Below are positions 20,508 to 31,112 of a stretch of DNA of 57,895 nt, piece after piece. This DNA comes from Oculatellaceae cyanobacterium bins.114 (GTDB taxonomy: Bacteria > Cyanobacteriota > Cyanobacteriia > Elainellales > Elainellaceae): assembly GCA_033764315.1 (NCBI GenBank), contig JANRJA010000048.1, forward strand, positions 1 through 57,895, written 5' to 3'. Within the stretch, counting starts at the first letter, position 1. Every line of letters starts with the position of its first letter. Below the pieces are notes generated by a model, which had not been told where the DNA came from, searched no databases, and worked only from the letters and a program-made list of their open reading frames with translations. Made by a program: the position numbers and the translations under genes.

Positions 20508-20738
20508 ATGCAAAGCCCGTTCAATGATTTTCTATATCCTCGATCGCGATATCACGGCCATGTGAACCCAGATAATTTGATCTTCAACGCCAACCTGCAA
20601 GAATTTGCCCAGCGGGTTAGCTTGATTTGTTGTTTAGAGAGTGGCGGCAAAATTACACCCATTGATGCGTATAACCAGATCGAGTTGCTTTGGGAAAAGT
20701 TAAAACATAGCCGTGAACAGCTAGCGATCGACCCTTAA
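20508..20738 (+). CDS. Conserved small cyanobacterial protein (DUF7219-like)
   Basis: FLYPRSRYHG..P.NLIFNANLQEFAQRVSLIC.LE.GGKI.P..AY. Confidence 0.8.
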   Translation: MQSPFNDFLYPRSRYHGHVNPDNLIFNANLQEFAQRVSLICCLESGGKITPIDAYNQIELLWEKLKHSREQLAIDP

Positions 20739-20787
20739 TCTTGAGGCACAGAGCCGTGTAACGATGTCTCAGGTTGCCTTAAAACGG

Positions 20788-21366
20788 CTAGAGTTCAACG
20801 AAGTCGTAGAGCACAATGCCCGTATCGGGATCATTGCAAACGGTAACATAGCCCGTTTTGACCATATCTTTTAGAGTCGCTTCGACTTCAGCAAATCCAC
20901 ACTCGGTGTCTAAAACACCTTGAGTCACAGACAGCTTTCCACCTCTGGCTTGAGCTGCTTTCAGCAACATCACCATTAACTCTGCTGGAGAGGGTTGTGA
21001 GGATTGAGCTACAGGCTGATCACTGCTCATCTCCACTGGTTCAAAAGACCGATCATGGATTGGGGAACCTGTGAAGCGATCGCGCACGACAACTTCAATT
21101 GTGGCCTGATTGAGCGGCAAACCTGTGGGGGTCAACCCTAAACGTGCTCTGGCTCTCAGATTGTTTTCTTCAACCATGTTAGGAATTAGAGCCAAATCAA
21201 TAATTTGCCCTACTCCAAATAAGCCCCACGTGAATAGCCACAAAAATCCTGTGAAGAATTTTCGGTTATAAAAGCGATGAAACCCTGCTCCGCCAAACAG
21301 CCAAATTAACCAAAATAGGTAACTCGTGCCAACATTGGTCATGGTTGGAATACTCATACCGTTCAC
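20788..21366 (-). CDS. TM2/NINE domain protein
   Basis: SYLFWL...G.HRFY.RK..TG.LW.FT.GLFGVGQ.IDL. Confidence 0.85.
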   Translation of the reverse strand: MNGMSIPTMTNVGTSYLFWLIWLFGGAGFHRFYNRKFFTGFLWLFTWGLFGVGQIIDLALIPNMVEENNLRARARLGLTPTGLPLNQATIEVVVRDRFTGSPIHDRSFEPVEMSSDQPVAQSSQPSPAELMVMLLKAAQARGGKLSVTQGVLDTECGFAEVEATLKDMVKTGYVTVCNDPDTGIVLYDFVEL

Positions 21367-21528
21367 CTAACTTTAGTTCTAACCTGTTCTGCAAATTTTG
21401 GGATAGCGGATCTGCAACAAACTTAATTGATCCTGGCGGAAACAAAATGGCAAGAGTAGAATTCCTAGCCTAAAATCTGGGTTGATTCCTTCTAAGTCGG
21501 ATTTCCTTTAGTGTGAGGCGATCGCTCT

Positions 21529-23460
21529 ATGAATGGTCTAGGTCGGGTCTGGCAAGTCAGTTTTAATCTGAGTCTATTGCTGTTGTCAGTGACGGCTATA
21601 GCTGAGGCGGCTATGGCTGAGGCGGCTATGGCTGAAACATCTGCTCAATCTACAGTCACGGATGTAGCAACACCGATTGGGGAAGTCGCAGGTGTCTCAT
21701 TTGAGCCTGATGCCAGCTTACAGGTGCGGATGCCTGATCCTACCGTTGTGAGATTAGAAAATGGTTCCTCCTCTAGGAGCATTGACCTTCCTGACATTGA
21801 AGCGATCGCAGTTGTTCGAGTTCCCGGATCCTCCTCCTTTGAACCTGGATTATTTGAACCTGGGTTATCTCAACTGGATGCAAAGGTCACGGGTGCGGCC
21901 AGATCAGCGTCAACCTCAGACCCTGCTTCTACACTATCCTCTAACAGTTCAGTCTCTCCCTCTAGTGAACCCTCTGCCGGGGATGCTCCAGAGGCGACTA
22001 CTCCCCCTGTTGAACCTGCGACTGAGCCGACCGTCAAACCCGATGAAACCCCACCGGATGGTGATCCCTCCGTTACAGAGCGACCTGCTGATCTAGATCC
22101 TGATCAACGACAGCAATTATTGATTGAGGGCGATCGCCTCTGGCTTCAAGGGCGACGAGAAGACGCTGAGTTTCTCTATCGCAAAGCTAAAAATCCGTTT
22201 CAGGCGATATCGGTGGGCGATCGCCCAGAGCCAGTGTATGACCCTGAGCAACTCTCTCCGGCGGGGCGGGTCTATTGGCGTGAGGCAGAAGCCGGACGTG
22301 CCACTCATCTGACTACGCGGGTGATGGTGCCTTTAGATCTGTTGACGCAGCAGTACCCTGAATTTATTCCGGGGAATATTCGCTACGCAGAGGTGTTGAT
22401 TGAGCAAGACCAACCCGACGCCGCTCTCAGCGTCTTAGAACGGGCAGCAACACTCTATCCTGATGAGCCAGAGTTGATTCGAGCCAGAGTCACAGCATTG
22501 GCAGCGCAGGAGCAATATTTAGAGGCATCCATTGCGGCTCGTCAATATGCTTTGTTGAATGCAGATCAACCCGATGCTCCAGAATTTACCCAGTTAGCCG
22601 ATGAGAACTTACAGGAGTTTCAATCTCGCATGCGTCGTCGCATTACGGGCAGTGCGATCGCCAATGTGCTAACGGGTGCCCTCAGCTTTGCGCTCACCGG
22701 AGGCTTCATTGGCCCTTTATCTGCTATTCAAACCAGTATTGTGTTGCTGCGGGGTGAGTCAGCAGTGGGTGAAGGGGCGGCAGAACGAATCTCACGTCGG
22801 CTTGAGTTGATTGAAGATGAAGCCGTCGTGGCTTACGTCAATGAACTCGGTCAGCGGGTAGCAAGTGTCTCTGGTCGCAGTGACTTTGACTATCGCTTTT
22901 ATGTGGTTCGAGATGACGACCTGAATGCGTTTGCTCTGCCCGGAGGAAAAGTGTTTGTCAATGCGGGAGCGATTTTGGGGGCTAATTCTGAAGCAGAGCT
23001 AGCTGGGCTGTTGTCTCATGAATTGTCTCACGCGGTCTTGTCTCATGGGTTTCAACTGATGACCCAGGGCAACGCAACCGCTAATTTACTTGATATTGTG
23101 CCCTATGGTGGCATTGTTACTGACTTGGCTGTGCTGAGTTATAGCCGTGATATGGAGCGTCAAGCCGATGCCTTGGGCACACGCATGTTGGCTACGGCTG
23201 GGTTCGCGGCTGATGGATTACGCAACCTGATGGTGACTCTCCAGGAGCAAGAAGACGATTCACCCCCGTTTGCTTGGCTCTCGACTCATCCTGATACGAG
23301 CGATCGCATTCGCAGAATGGAGGTGCAAATTGAGCAGAATGGTTATAACCGCTATGCGTATGAAGGGGTAGAACGTCACCTGGAGATGCAAGAGCGAGTG
23401 CGGATGTTAATGCAAGGCCCTGAAGAGACAGGAAGTGCTGAAGAAGCTAACGAAAAATAA
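21529..23460 (+). CDS. Secreted M48-family metalloprotease with TPR region
   Basis: NAFALPGG, HELSH, YSRDMERQAD and STHP; signal peptide and P/S/T-rich linker. Confidence 0.9.
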   Translation: MNGLGRVWQVSFNLSLLLLSVTAIAEAAMAEAAMAETSAQSTVTDVATPIGEVAGVSFEPDASLQVRMPDPTVVRLENGSSSRSIDLPDIEAIAVVRVPGSSSFEPGLFEPGLSQLDAKVTGAARSASTSDPASTLSSNSSVSPSSEPSAGDAPEATTPPVEPATEPTVKPDETPPDGDPSVTERPADLDPDQRQQLLIEGDRLWLQGRREDAEFLYRKAKNPFQAISVGDRPEPVYDPEQLSPAGRVYWREAEAGRATHLTTRVMVPLDLLTQQYPEFIPGNIRYAEVLIEQDQPDAALSVLERAATLYPDEPELIRARVTALAAQEQYLEASIAARQYALLNADQPDAPEFTQLADENLQEFQSRMRRRITGSAIANVLTGALSFALTGGFIGPLSAIQTSIVLLRGESAVGEGAAERISRRLELIEDEAVVAYVNELGQRVASVSGRSDFDYRFYVVRDDDLNAFALPGGKVFVNAGAILGANSEAELAGLLSHELSHAVLSHGFQLMTQGNATANLLDIVPYGGIVTDLAVLSYSRDMERQADALGTRMLATAGFAADGLRNLMVTLQEQEDDSPPFAWLSTHPDTSDRIRRMEVQIEQNGYNRYAYEGVERHLEMQERVRMLMQGPEETGSAEEANEK

Positions 23461-23477
23461 CATCTCATCCCATTAAA

Positions 23478-23506
23478 AAGTCGGAGCTTTTCAAAAACTC
23501 CGACTT
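23478..23506. terminator. Hairpin between convergent genes (AAGTCGGAG..CTCCGACTT)
   Basis: Perfect 9-bp arms with flanking A/T. Confidence 0.6.
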
Positions 23507-23550
23507 CTAATCATCTAAATCAATAGACTAGTTTGAGCATCAATCTGGGA

Positions 23551-24354
23551 TCAACCAAACCGTCCGCTAACATAGTCTTGAGTTGCAACTTGGGCGGGGT
23601 TGTTAAAGATCACCTGAGTGGGTGCATATTCCACTAAGTAACCCATCTTGCCGCCTTTATCAGTGGCTTCAGCGTTGTAAAACGCCGTCATATCTGAAAC
23701 GCGAGATGCTTGTTGCATGTTGTGAGTCACAATCACAATGGTGAATCGTTGCTTCAATTCATGCATCAAATCTTCTACCCGTAGGGTTGAGATGGGGTCA
23801 AGAGCTGAGCAAGGTTCATCCATTAACAACACTTCAGGCTCAATGGCGATCGCCCGGGCAATACACAGACGTTGCTGTTGACCACCCGAAATTGACAAGC
23901 CACTTTCTTTGAGTTTGTCTTTGACCTCATCCCATAGAGCAGAACCCCGCAGCGATCGCTCGACTAACTCATCCATATCGCCTTTATAGCCGTTGATTCT
24001 GGCTCCAAACGCGATATTTTCATAAATTGATTTAGGGAATGGGTTGGGCTTTTGAAACACCATCCCGATGCGACGACGCAGTTCAGTGGGGTCAACTCGC
24101 TTGTCGTACAAGTTCACGCCGTGGTAGTGAATTGTGCCTTCAACACGGGCACCTGGAATCAAGTCATTCAAACGGTTAAAACATCTGAGAACAGTGCTCT
24201 TACCGCAACCAGAGGGGCCAATAAAGGCAGTAATTTTCTTCTCGGGAATGTCCATAGAGACATCACGAACGGCCAAATTGGAACCGTAATAATAATTCGC
24301 ACCTGAAACGTGGAAAGCGACCCCGGTAGTCACGGGCGCGGAAGTATTGGTCAT
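23551..24354 (-). CDS. pstB: Phosphate ABC transporter ATPase
   Basis: [40 protein letters not shown]. Confidence 0.96.
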   Translation of the reverse strand: MTNTSAPVTTGVAFHVSGANYYYGSNLAVRDVSMDIPEKKITAFIGPSGCGKSTVLRCFNRLNDLIPGARVEGTIHYHGVNLYDKRVDPTELRRRIGMVFQKPNPFPKSIYENIAFGARINGYKGDMDELVERSLRGSALWDEVKDKLKESGLSISGGQQQRLCIARAIAIEPEVLLMDEPCSALDPISTLRVEDLMHELKQRFTIVIVTHNMQQASRVSDMTAFYNAEATDKGGKMGYLVEYAPTQVIFNNPAQVATQDYVSGRFG

Positions 24355-24454
24355 GGGATTGTCCCTTTAGATCAAATTAGGTAGGAAATAACAGGGGATT
24401 GCAGCTTAAGAGCGATCGCGACGGCTTTGCCGTTTCCCGGAGGGATGATCTCAT

Positions 24455-25381
24455 TTAAGCTCGTGTCGTCTGGAACTTGTTTCGCAAGAAAATTGCTCCA
24501 GCATTCATAATCAACAGCACAACCATGAGCACAATGATCGCGCCAGCCGCATTGGCATGGAATGCTTCTTGGGGGCGAGACACCCAGTTAAAAATCTGGA
24601 TCGGTAACGCACTGAATGAAGATTGGAAACCTTCTAATGATAGCGAAGGGGTAAATGCAACGAAGGTTTGAGCCCCGATCACAATCAGCGGTGCTGTCTC
24701 ACCAATGGCCCGCGACAGGGCCAAAATGGTACCCGTTAAAATCCCTGGAAGTGCCTGGGCTAGCACATGCTCTCGCACCACTTGCCACCGGGTAGAGCCT
24801 AACGCCATCCCCGCAAGACGTAAACTGCTGGGCACTGCTCTCAATGATTCACGAGTTGCAACGATAATGGTGGGCAACACCAAAAGAGCCAAGGTCAAAC
24901 CACCCGCCAAAACACTCCGTCCTCCGGTTAGGGGCTCAAGAATGCGGACGAACACGGTTAGTCCTAACAACCCATAGATGATCGAGGGAACCGCTGCCAG
25001 GTTACCAATATTGACCTCAATGATTCGGGTCAAAAGGGTATCTTCAGCGAACTCTTCTAAAAAGATGCCCGTTCCTACCCCAATGGGGAAGGCAAAGACA
25101 GCGGTGATGATGAGGAGCCAGATGCTTCCTGCTAGAGGAGACAGAACCCCTGCATTTTCAGCTCGACGAGAGGGAAAGCTACTAATAAAGTCCCAGCTAA
25201 CGCGGGGAAGACCATCCACGAGAACATCGAGAATCAAGATTGCTAACACTACGAGTCCTACAGAAGTAGCGACCCAACTCGCAATTTTGAAAATTTGATC
25301 TAACTTATAGCGACCTGCCAGGTTAGGGTTAAACCTTTGCTCAGAGCTATCTGCCAGCGGATTAGGATTAGCAGTTGTCAT
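24455..25381 (-). CDS. pstA: Phosphate ABC transporter permease
   Basis: NLAAVPSIIYGLLG, SRAIGETAP; operon position. Confidence 0.95.
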   Translation of the reverse strand: MTTANPNPLADSSEQRFNPNLAGRYKLDQIFKIASWVATSVGLVVLAILILDVLVDGLPRVSWDFISSFPSRRAENAGVLSPLAGSIWLLIITAVFAFPIGVGTGIFLEEFAEDTLLTRIIEVNIGNLAAVPSIIYGLLGLTVFVRILEPLTGGRSVLAGGLTLALLVLPTIIVATRESLRAVPSSLRLAGMALGSTRWQVVREHVLAQALPGILTGTILALSRAIGETAPLIVIGAQTFVAFTPSLSLEGFQSSFSALPIQIFNWVSRPQEAFHANAAGAIIVLMVVLLIMNAGAIFLRNKFQTTRA

Positions 25382-26319
25382 TCGTACTTCTCCCGGAAAC
25401 GGCGAACAAACCAGAAACTAAAGATGTTTAATGCCAGAGTGATCAGGAAGAGGGTCATCCCCACCGCAAAGATGGTCAAAAACTCAATCGACCCTACAGG
25501 TGCGTCTCCGCCTGCCACCTGCACAATGAAAGAGGTCATGGTTTGAATTGAAACCCGTGGGTCAAGGGTCAGTTTTGGGTTTTGACCCGCCGCCAAAGTT
25601 ACAATCATCGTTTCACCCACTGCCCGGGCTACACCCAAGATAAATGAGGCGACGATTCCAGAGAGAGCCGCAGGAAGTACAACACTTGTAACCGTTTCCC
25701 GCTTGGTTGCTCCGAGCGCATATGAGCCTTGTCGCAAGCTTTGAGGGACTGCATAAATCGCGTCTTCACTGAGGGAGGCGATCGTTGGCAAAATCGCGAT
25801 TCCTAGCACCAAGCCTGCGCTCAGTCCGTTAAAAGCTCTCATTCCTGGAATGAAGATTTGCAGAATGGGAGTCACAAATAACAGGGCGAAGTAGCCAAAC
25901 ACCACCGTCGGCACCCCTGCCAAAATTTCTAACGCTGGCTTTAACCACTTTCTTACGCCTCTAGGAGCATATTCACTGAGGCAAACTGCCGCTAAAATAC
26001 CGAGAGGTAAGGCAATGAACAGAGCAATAACAGAGGTTAAGAGAGTAGCACTAATAAGAACTATGATTCCGTATTGGGAATCAGTGAATAGAGGAGTCCA
26101 TTGGAGGTCAGTTAAAAACCGCCAAATAGGAACTTCTTGGAAGAATTCAAACGTCTCGTAGATCAACGTCAGAACAATGCCAACTGTTGTGGCGATCGAT
26201 AGAAAAGCAAACGCCCCAAAAATAAATTTGACGATCCGCTGTGACCACTCACTCGCCGATCGGTTGGGTTGCCAAAGTTCAGACGATTGTTGCGACGAGG
26301 GAAGAAGACCGTCAGTCAT
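25378..26319 (-). CDS. pstC: Phosphate ABC transporter permease
   Basis: EILAGVPTVVFG, RAVGETM; operon position. Confidence 0.95.
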   Translation of the reverse strand: MTDGLLPSSQQSSELWQPNRSASEWSQRIVKFIFGAFAFLSIATTVGIVLTLIYETFEFFQEVPIWRFLTDLQWTPLFTDSQYGIIVLISATLLTSVIALFIALPLGILAAVCLSEYAPRGVRKWLKPALEILAGVPTVVFGYFALLFVTPILQIFIPGMRAFNGLSAGLVLGIAILPTIASLSEDAIYAVPQSLRQGSYALGATKRETVTSVVLPAALSGIVASFILGVARAVGETMIVTLAAGQNPKLTLDPRVSIQTMTSFIVQVAGGDAPVGSIEFLTIFAVGMTLFLITLALNIFSFWFVRRFREKYE

Positions 26320-26340
26320 ATCAACAAGCCTAATTATGTG

Positions 26341-26379
26341 TAATGTCAGGTCATCTTAGTTGGGGATGACCTGACGTTA
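26341..26379. other. Strong intergenic stem-loop between pstS and pstC (mRNA stabiliser or partial terminator)
   Basis: TAATGTCAGGTCATC...GATGACCTGACGTTA. Confidence 0.65.
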
Positions 26380-26471
26380 TTATTCATACCATTGCTATAT
26401 CCCAGGGGGATTTAAGCGAATTGCATCGTCAAGCCAGATGAATTCACAACGGCTTGACAATGCCTCAAAAA

Positions 26472-27500
26472 CTAGCTCTCTGCTTTACCAGTTTCACCAG
26501 CTTCAAAACGCTCTTTAGCTCCTGTGTAAGCATCATCCGCCAAAGGCACATAGCCTGTTTCTTCGACAAATGCTTTGTTAGCAGGGTCAAGAATGAAGTC
26601 GATGAATGCCTTCACTTCAGGACGCTCAGTAGCGGCTTGCTTGCTGACATAGATGAACAGAGAACGAGACAATGGGGTATAGGTACCATTGATTACATCT
26701 TCGGGGCTAGGAGCTACACAACCGCTACCAGAATCGACTTCGACGGCTTTCAAGCGATCTTGGTTTTCAGCATAGTAGGCGTAACCAAAGTAGCCTAAGG
26801 CGTTGACATCACCTTCTACACCCTGTACCAACACGTTGTCGTCTTCACTGGCAGTGAAGTCACCCCGGCTAGCACCCTCTTCACCATTGATTTCATCGGT
26901 GAAGTAGTCAAAGGTACCGGAGTCAGTTCCTGGCCCAAACAGAACCAAAGGAGCATCGGGGAAATCAGCACGAACTTGGTTCCAGTTGGTGACAGTACCT
27001 TGAGCACCGGGTTCCCAAATGGTTTTTAGTTCGTCGGTCGTCAAGCAGGTTGCCCAATCGTTTTCAGGATTGACAACGACGGTTAAAGCATCGTATGCCA
27101 CAGGCAACTCGATGACTTCAATGCCTTTAGCAGCACAAGCTTCTAACTCTTCGTCTTTGATTTGGCGAGACGCGTTCGATACAACGGTTTCACCGTTGCA
27201 AAACTTCTCAAAACCACCCCCAGTACCGGAGGTTCCCACTGTTACGCGAACATTGGGGTTGGCAGCCATAAACTCTTCTGCCATGGCTTCACTGATTGGG
27301 AAGACGGTGCTGGAACCATCAACCAGAACGTCACCGCTGAGGTCAGACGCGGGTGACTCAGCAGCAGTGGTCTCAGTTGCAGCAGGTGATTCAGTCGTAG
27401 CGGTTTGATCTCCACCGCTAGCGCAGGCTGCTAGGCTGCCTAAAAGAACAACTAATGAAAGGGTGGACGCTAAGCGCATTGGACGGCTCTTGAACAGCAT
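26472..27500 (-). CDS. pstS: Phosphate-binding lipoprotein
   Basis: Lipobox LAAC; DGSSTV.P, GTGGGF and SGTFDYF. Confidence 0.95.
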   Translation of the reverse strand: MLFKSRPMRLASTLSLVVLLGSLAACASGGDQTATTESPAATETTAAESPASDLSGDVLVDGSSTVFPISEAMAEEFMAANPNVRVTVGTSGTGGGFEKFCNGETVVSNASRQIKDEELEACAAKGIEVIELPVAYDALTVVVNPENDWATCLTTDELKTIWEPGAQGTVTNWNQVRADFPDAPLVLFGPGTDSGTFDYFTDEINGEEGASRGDFTASEDDNVLVQGVEGDVNALGYFGYAYYAENQDRLKAVEVDSGSGCVAPSPEDVINGTYTPLSRSLFIYVSKQAATERPEVKAFIDFILDPANKAFVEETGYVPLADDAYTGAKERFEAGETGKAES

Positions 27501-27558
27501 AAAAATCCTCTGAGTCTCTTGATTTTTCAGGGGTTATTTCACCAAGGTTTCCTGTTGA

Positions 27559-27591
27559 ACAATACAACTTGAGAGTAAAGCCTAGGTTAAG
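27559..27591 (-). promoter_or_regulatory. Cyanobacterial Pho box (SphR/PhoB) and -10 element upstream of pstS
   Basis: Minus strand reads CTTAACCT-N3-CTTTACTC (11-bp period), then TATTGT. Confidence 0.7.
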
Positions 27592-27821
27592 AAGGCACTA
27601 CTGATTTTCGTGGTGCCAGTAGTAAAAAAAGGCACCTCTCCCAATTTGGTTCTGAATGTAAGCCTGTTTATTGAAATTGAGTGTGGCTAAACCGGGTGGT
27701 GAAATTTTGGAATACCTGGATAGGACAAGAGGATGATCTAGAGAAGCTGTTTTGCTGAGATAGGGATGTCAGAATGAAATGAGAGACACGAATGCAAATC
27801 TGCAAATCCCATTGATTTCTT

Positions 27822-28247
27822 ATGTACCACGTAGTTTATGACGGTGATTGTAATTTGTGTGTCAATTTGGTGAGGTTGCTGGAGACTTTAGATCGAGGAG
27901 AGCGATTTCAATATACCCCTATGCAAGACCAAGCTACGCTCGATCGCCTTGGTGTTACGTCTCAAGCCTGTGAGCAGGGAATGATTTTGATCAACGCTGA
28001 TAAGCCCGATCAACGTTGGCAGGGAAGTGCGGCTGCTGAAGAGATTGGACGGTTGTTTCCGGCGGCAGATTTGGCGATCGCGGCCTATCGAGCAGTGCCC
28101 GGATTAAAGCCAGGGGGCGATCGCTTCTATGAATTCATCCGCGATAACCGCTATGCCTTGTTTGGTAGGCGCACTACCACCTATCAGCCAACATACCCGA
28201 TTTGTGCAGGGTGCTGTGCCTCTAACTCTAGCCCCTTAGAGCCGTAA
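27822..28247 (+). CDS. DCC1-like thiol-disulfide oxidoreductase
   Basis: YDGDCNLC (DxxCxxC) and Y..I.DNRY.LFG. Confidence 0.88.
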   Translation: MYHVVYDGDCNLCVNLVRLLETLDRGERFQYTPMQDQATLDRLGVTSQACEQGMILINADKPDQRWQGSAAAEEIGRLFPAADLAIAAYRAVPGLKPGGDRFYEFIRDNRYALFGRRTTTYQPTYPICAGCCASNSSPLEP

Positions 28248-28252
28248 AGTTG

Positions 28253-28285
28253 TATAGCAGTCCCAATCCATTTGGGATTGCTATA
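28253..28285. repeat. Minimal TATAGC-type inverted-repeat element
   Basis: TATAGCAGTCCCAA...TTGGGATTGCTATA. Confidence 0.7.
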
Positions 28286-28393
28286 GCAGCTAAAGAGTCG
28301 CTTACGACAAAGGCCGAACGGTGAAACCAGTAAATTTTTCCTGAGATGGGGCATCTTGATGGATGAGGAAAGATGTAGGCAGATCTAAGGTCA

Positions 28394-29134
28394 ATGGTAG
28401 ATAAACCCAACCGTATCTTTACACTTGATGACAATACCTATGCATCAAATCCTGGCGGGCTTGATGTTAACTACTGGTGTTGGATTCGCTCATTTCCTAA
28501 AGAGCCTCTGCGGATCAGTTTTGAACTGACTGTAGCGATCGCATTTGCCCTATTAGTAAATTGGGCTTTTTGGAAAAATCTCTTGGCTTTTCCTCAAGCA
28601 GGAATGCTAACCGATTGGACGATGTGGCATATCGATTCACTCTCTTCTGAGCAAAGAACTCTAATTACCATTCTTGTTCTCATTGGGTTGATTAATTGGG
28701 CTTTCTGGATAGTCATCTCTTCGCTTTTACAAAGGGCTAGGTTTCTGGCAATCCACATTCGAGAAAGGTTTCTCTATGGATGTGTTAACCCTGGTATTGT
28801 TGTTGCCTTAAAACCGCCTCTCGTTGCAGTTTTTACAGACCTGACAACCACTGATATTCCCTGTCACGTCATTAAAATTTTGCCTCAGCCACTGCGATGG
28901 ACGAACCTTGAAAACCTGTCAATTGGCACGAGATTGGCAACTATTGCAGGCTATCAAGGAGATGCCCAACAAGGGCATTGGGATAATTTTCATCCTGTTG
29001 TAGTTAATTGTGTGACAAACAATCAGACTGACATCGATCGCGTTTTTCAAAACATTCCTGATTGGGAGTGGCTTGAACTTAAATTAGGTCTCGCGCAGGT
29101 TCCTAAACAACCGGGACTGTATAAGATCTCGTAA
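28394..29134 (+). CDS. Hypothetical membrane protein (DUF3239-like)
   Basis: 246-aa ORF with two TM segments; F.YGC.NPG.VV...P.LVAV.TDL. Confidence 0.55.
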   Translation: MVDKPNRIFTLDDNTYASNPGGLDVNYWCWIRSFPKEPLRISFELTVAIAFALLVNWAFWKNLLAFPQAGMLTDWTMWHIDSLSSEQRTLITILVLIGLINWAFWIVISSLLQRARFLAIHIRERFLYGCVNPGIVVALKPPLVAVFTDLTTTDIPCHVIKILPQPLRWTNLENLSIGTRLATIAGYQGDAQQGHWDNFHPVVVNCVTNNQTDIDRVFQNIPDWEWLELKLGLAQVPKQPGLYKIS

Positions 29135-29243
29135 GACTGGCGATCAGCATTGGAGTGGGAGTGGAGTGAGAGTTGGGGCACAATACTGCACCCCCACAGA
29201 TAGGGTGAAAAAGGTGTGGATGTTCAGAGATTAACCATCTCTC

Positions 29244-29285
29244 GTAACGTTTGCTACAAACCTTCTATGGCAAGCAACGTAGGTT
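29244..29285 (+). promoter_or_regulatory. Canonical class II NtcA-activated promoter
   Basis: GTAACGTTTGCTAC (GTA-N8-TAC, 29244-29257), a 22-nt spacer, then TAGGTT (TAN3T) at 29280. Confidence 0.8.
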
Positions 29286-29381
29286 ATGCACATCTTTGGT
29301 AGTATTTCCTATCCTTTGCAACCGTCATGTTGAAGTAACTGTGACACTTCAGGCAAGGCAATCGGAATACTGCCTCAAGAA

Positions 29382-30839
29382 ATGCAGTTACTAATGAAAG
29401 GTTTGACCATGACTGTTGATGTAGAGACTAAGGCAACTTCTGGTTTAAGGTCAGATTGTCTACCCTTTCGAGATGTTTTAGCCCAATCGGTTGCCAATAT
29501 TGCCCCGACCGCATCCCCAACGGTTAACATTGCCCTGGTGTTTGCGAGTGCTGGAGGAGCTACCTGGTTTGCCTATGTAATTGCCACTGTTGGGCTGGTT
29601 TTTGTCAGTTTTAATATCAACCAATTTGCCCGCCGCTCTGCCTCCCCTGGTTCACTCTATTCCTACATTGCTAAGGGGTTAGGTTCCACCGTTGGAGTGC
29701 TCTCTGGTTGGGCACTCGTATTGGCTTATCTATTTACAGCAATGGCGGTCCTCTCTGGCTTTGCCAACTATGGAGAAGTGCTATTTCAAGCCGTTGGACT
29801 GGCTATCTCCCCCATCTTTTTGTTTGCAATCTGTGCTGGCTTAGCCTGGTATATTGCCTACAAAGATATCGAGTTATCTGCATCTCTAATGCTGGCGTTA
29901 GAGGTGGTCTCGGTGGGGCTAATCTTATTACTCGGTATTATCGTATTAGCCCATCACGGTTTTGCGATCGACACGGCTCAGTTGTCGTTGCAAGGCATGA
30001 GTGGTGAAGGATTGCGTCTGGGCTTGGTGCTTGCCATCTTTAGTTATGTGGGGTTTGAAAGTGCCACTGCATTAGGCGATGAGGCAAAGAGTCCACTCAC
30101 AACTATTCCTCGCTCGGTTCTCTCTAGTACGATCTTAGCGGGTTTGTTCTTTGTCTTTATGTCTTACATTCAGGTACTGGGATTCAATGGCAGTCCTGTT
30201 CCTATGAATGAAAGTGATGCCCCTTTGAATTATTTAGCAACACAGGCGGGAGTTCCAGCTCTTGGGTTTCTCACGGTGATTTGTGCAATGGTCAGTTTCT
30301 TTGCCTGTGCCCTGGCTAGCATCAACGCAGGTAGTCGTATTTTCTTTTCAATGGCGCGTCATGGCATTTTTCACCCTTCTATTGGGCAGGCGCACAGCGA
30401 TAACCAAACGCCTCACGTGGCGGTCACCATGACCACGTTATTTGTGTTTTTGGTAACGGCCTCAATGTCGATGTTTGGTGTTACGCCATTGGATATTTAT
30501 TTCTTTTTAGGAACGATCGCCACCTATGGGTTTTTGTTGGCTTACATTTTGGTGTCGATCGCTGCCCCGGTGTATCTCTATCGCGAAAGAGAACTCAAGC
30601 CCCTAGATGTGGTCATCTCGGTCATTTCCGTTGTGTTTATGATCATTCCAACAGTGGGCAGCATCTACCCAGTGCCACCGACTCCGTTCAACGTCTTCCC
30701 CTATCTCTTTTTGATGTATTTGGTTGCGGGAGGGTGTTGGTTCTTGATGCTACGGCTGCATTCTCCAGAGGTAATTGAAGACATGGAGGAGGCGATCGAG
30801 GCCGTGCATACCAAGTTTAACGAGATGAAAAAGGTCTAG
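29382..30839 (+). CDS. APC-family amino acid permease
   Basis: About 12 TM segments; SYVGFESATALGDE and SRIFFSMARHG. Confidence 0.92.
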   Translation: MQLLMKGLTMTVDVETKATSGLRSDCLPFRDVLAQSVANIAPTASPTVNIALVFASAGGATWFAYVIATVGLVFVSFNINQFARRSASPGSLYSYIAKGLGSTVGVLSGWALVLAYLFTAMAVLSGFANYGEVLFQAVGLAISPIFLFAICAGLAWYIAYKDIELSASLMLALEVVSVGLILLLGIIVLAHHGFAIDTAQLSLQGMSGEGLRLGLVLAIFSYVGFESATALGDEAKSPLTTIPRSVLSSTILAGLFFVFMSYIQVLGFNGSPVPMNESDAPLNYLATQAGVPALGFLTVICAMVSFFACALASINAGSRIFFSMARHGIFHPSIGQAHSDNQTPHVAVTMTTLFVFLVTASMSMFGVTPLDIYFFLGTIATYGFLLAYILVSIAAPVYLYRERELKPLDVVISVISVVFMIIPTVGSIYPVPPTPFNVFPYLFLMYLVAGGCWFLMLRLHSPEVIEDMEEAIEAVHTKFNEMKKV

Positions 30840-30849
30840 AAGATAAGGT

Positions 30850-30944
30850 CTATAGCAATCCCAAATGGGTTGTGAGAGGCGCACCCCTCCAGGGTGCGCC
30901 TCTCACAATCTGCCAATCTCACAACTGATTTAGGACTGCTATAG
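30850..30944. repeat. TATAGC-type MITE-like element with an internal perfect palindrome
   Basis: Termini CTATAGCAATCC / GGACTGCTATAG; inner TTGTGAGAGGCGCACCC-ctcca-GGGTGCGCCTCTCACAA. Confidence 0.75.
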
Positions 30945-30956
30945 AAGATTGCTGAT

Positions 30957-30993
30957 GTAAATGATTGTGTGTCTTAGCCACACAATCATTTAC
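30957..30993. terminator. Inverted repeat between convergent genes
   Basis: GTAAATGATTGTGTG...CACACAATCATTTAC. Confidence 0.6.
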
Positions 30994-30997
30994 CCAT

Positions 30998-31088
30998 GTC
31001 TAGACATGTGGGTTACACATCACTATCTCCGTAGAGGTGTTTCGCGAAACGCGTCTACCGCTGATCTGTAATCGTTATTGATTGAAAA
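30998..31088 (-). repeat. ~90-bp dispersed repeat with a REP (GTAG-type) core, copy 1
   Basis: Reverse complement aligns with 49768-49856. Confidence 0.75.
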
Positions 31089-31112
31089 AGATCACTGATA
31101 TTCTGTTTTTTG

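Noticed and set aside
21594-21634. 15-bp tandem repeat (AEAAM) in the M48 gene
   Set aside because: In-frame slippage in a low-complexity region after the signal peptide; no sign of function.
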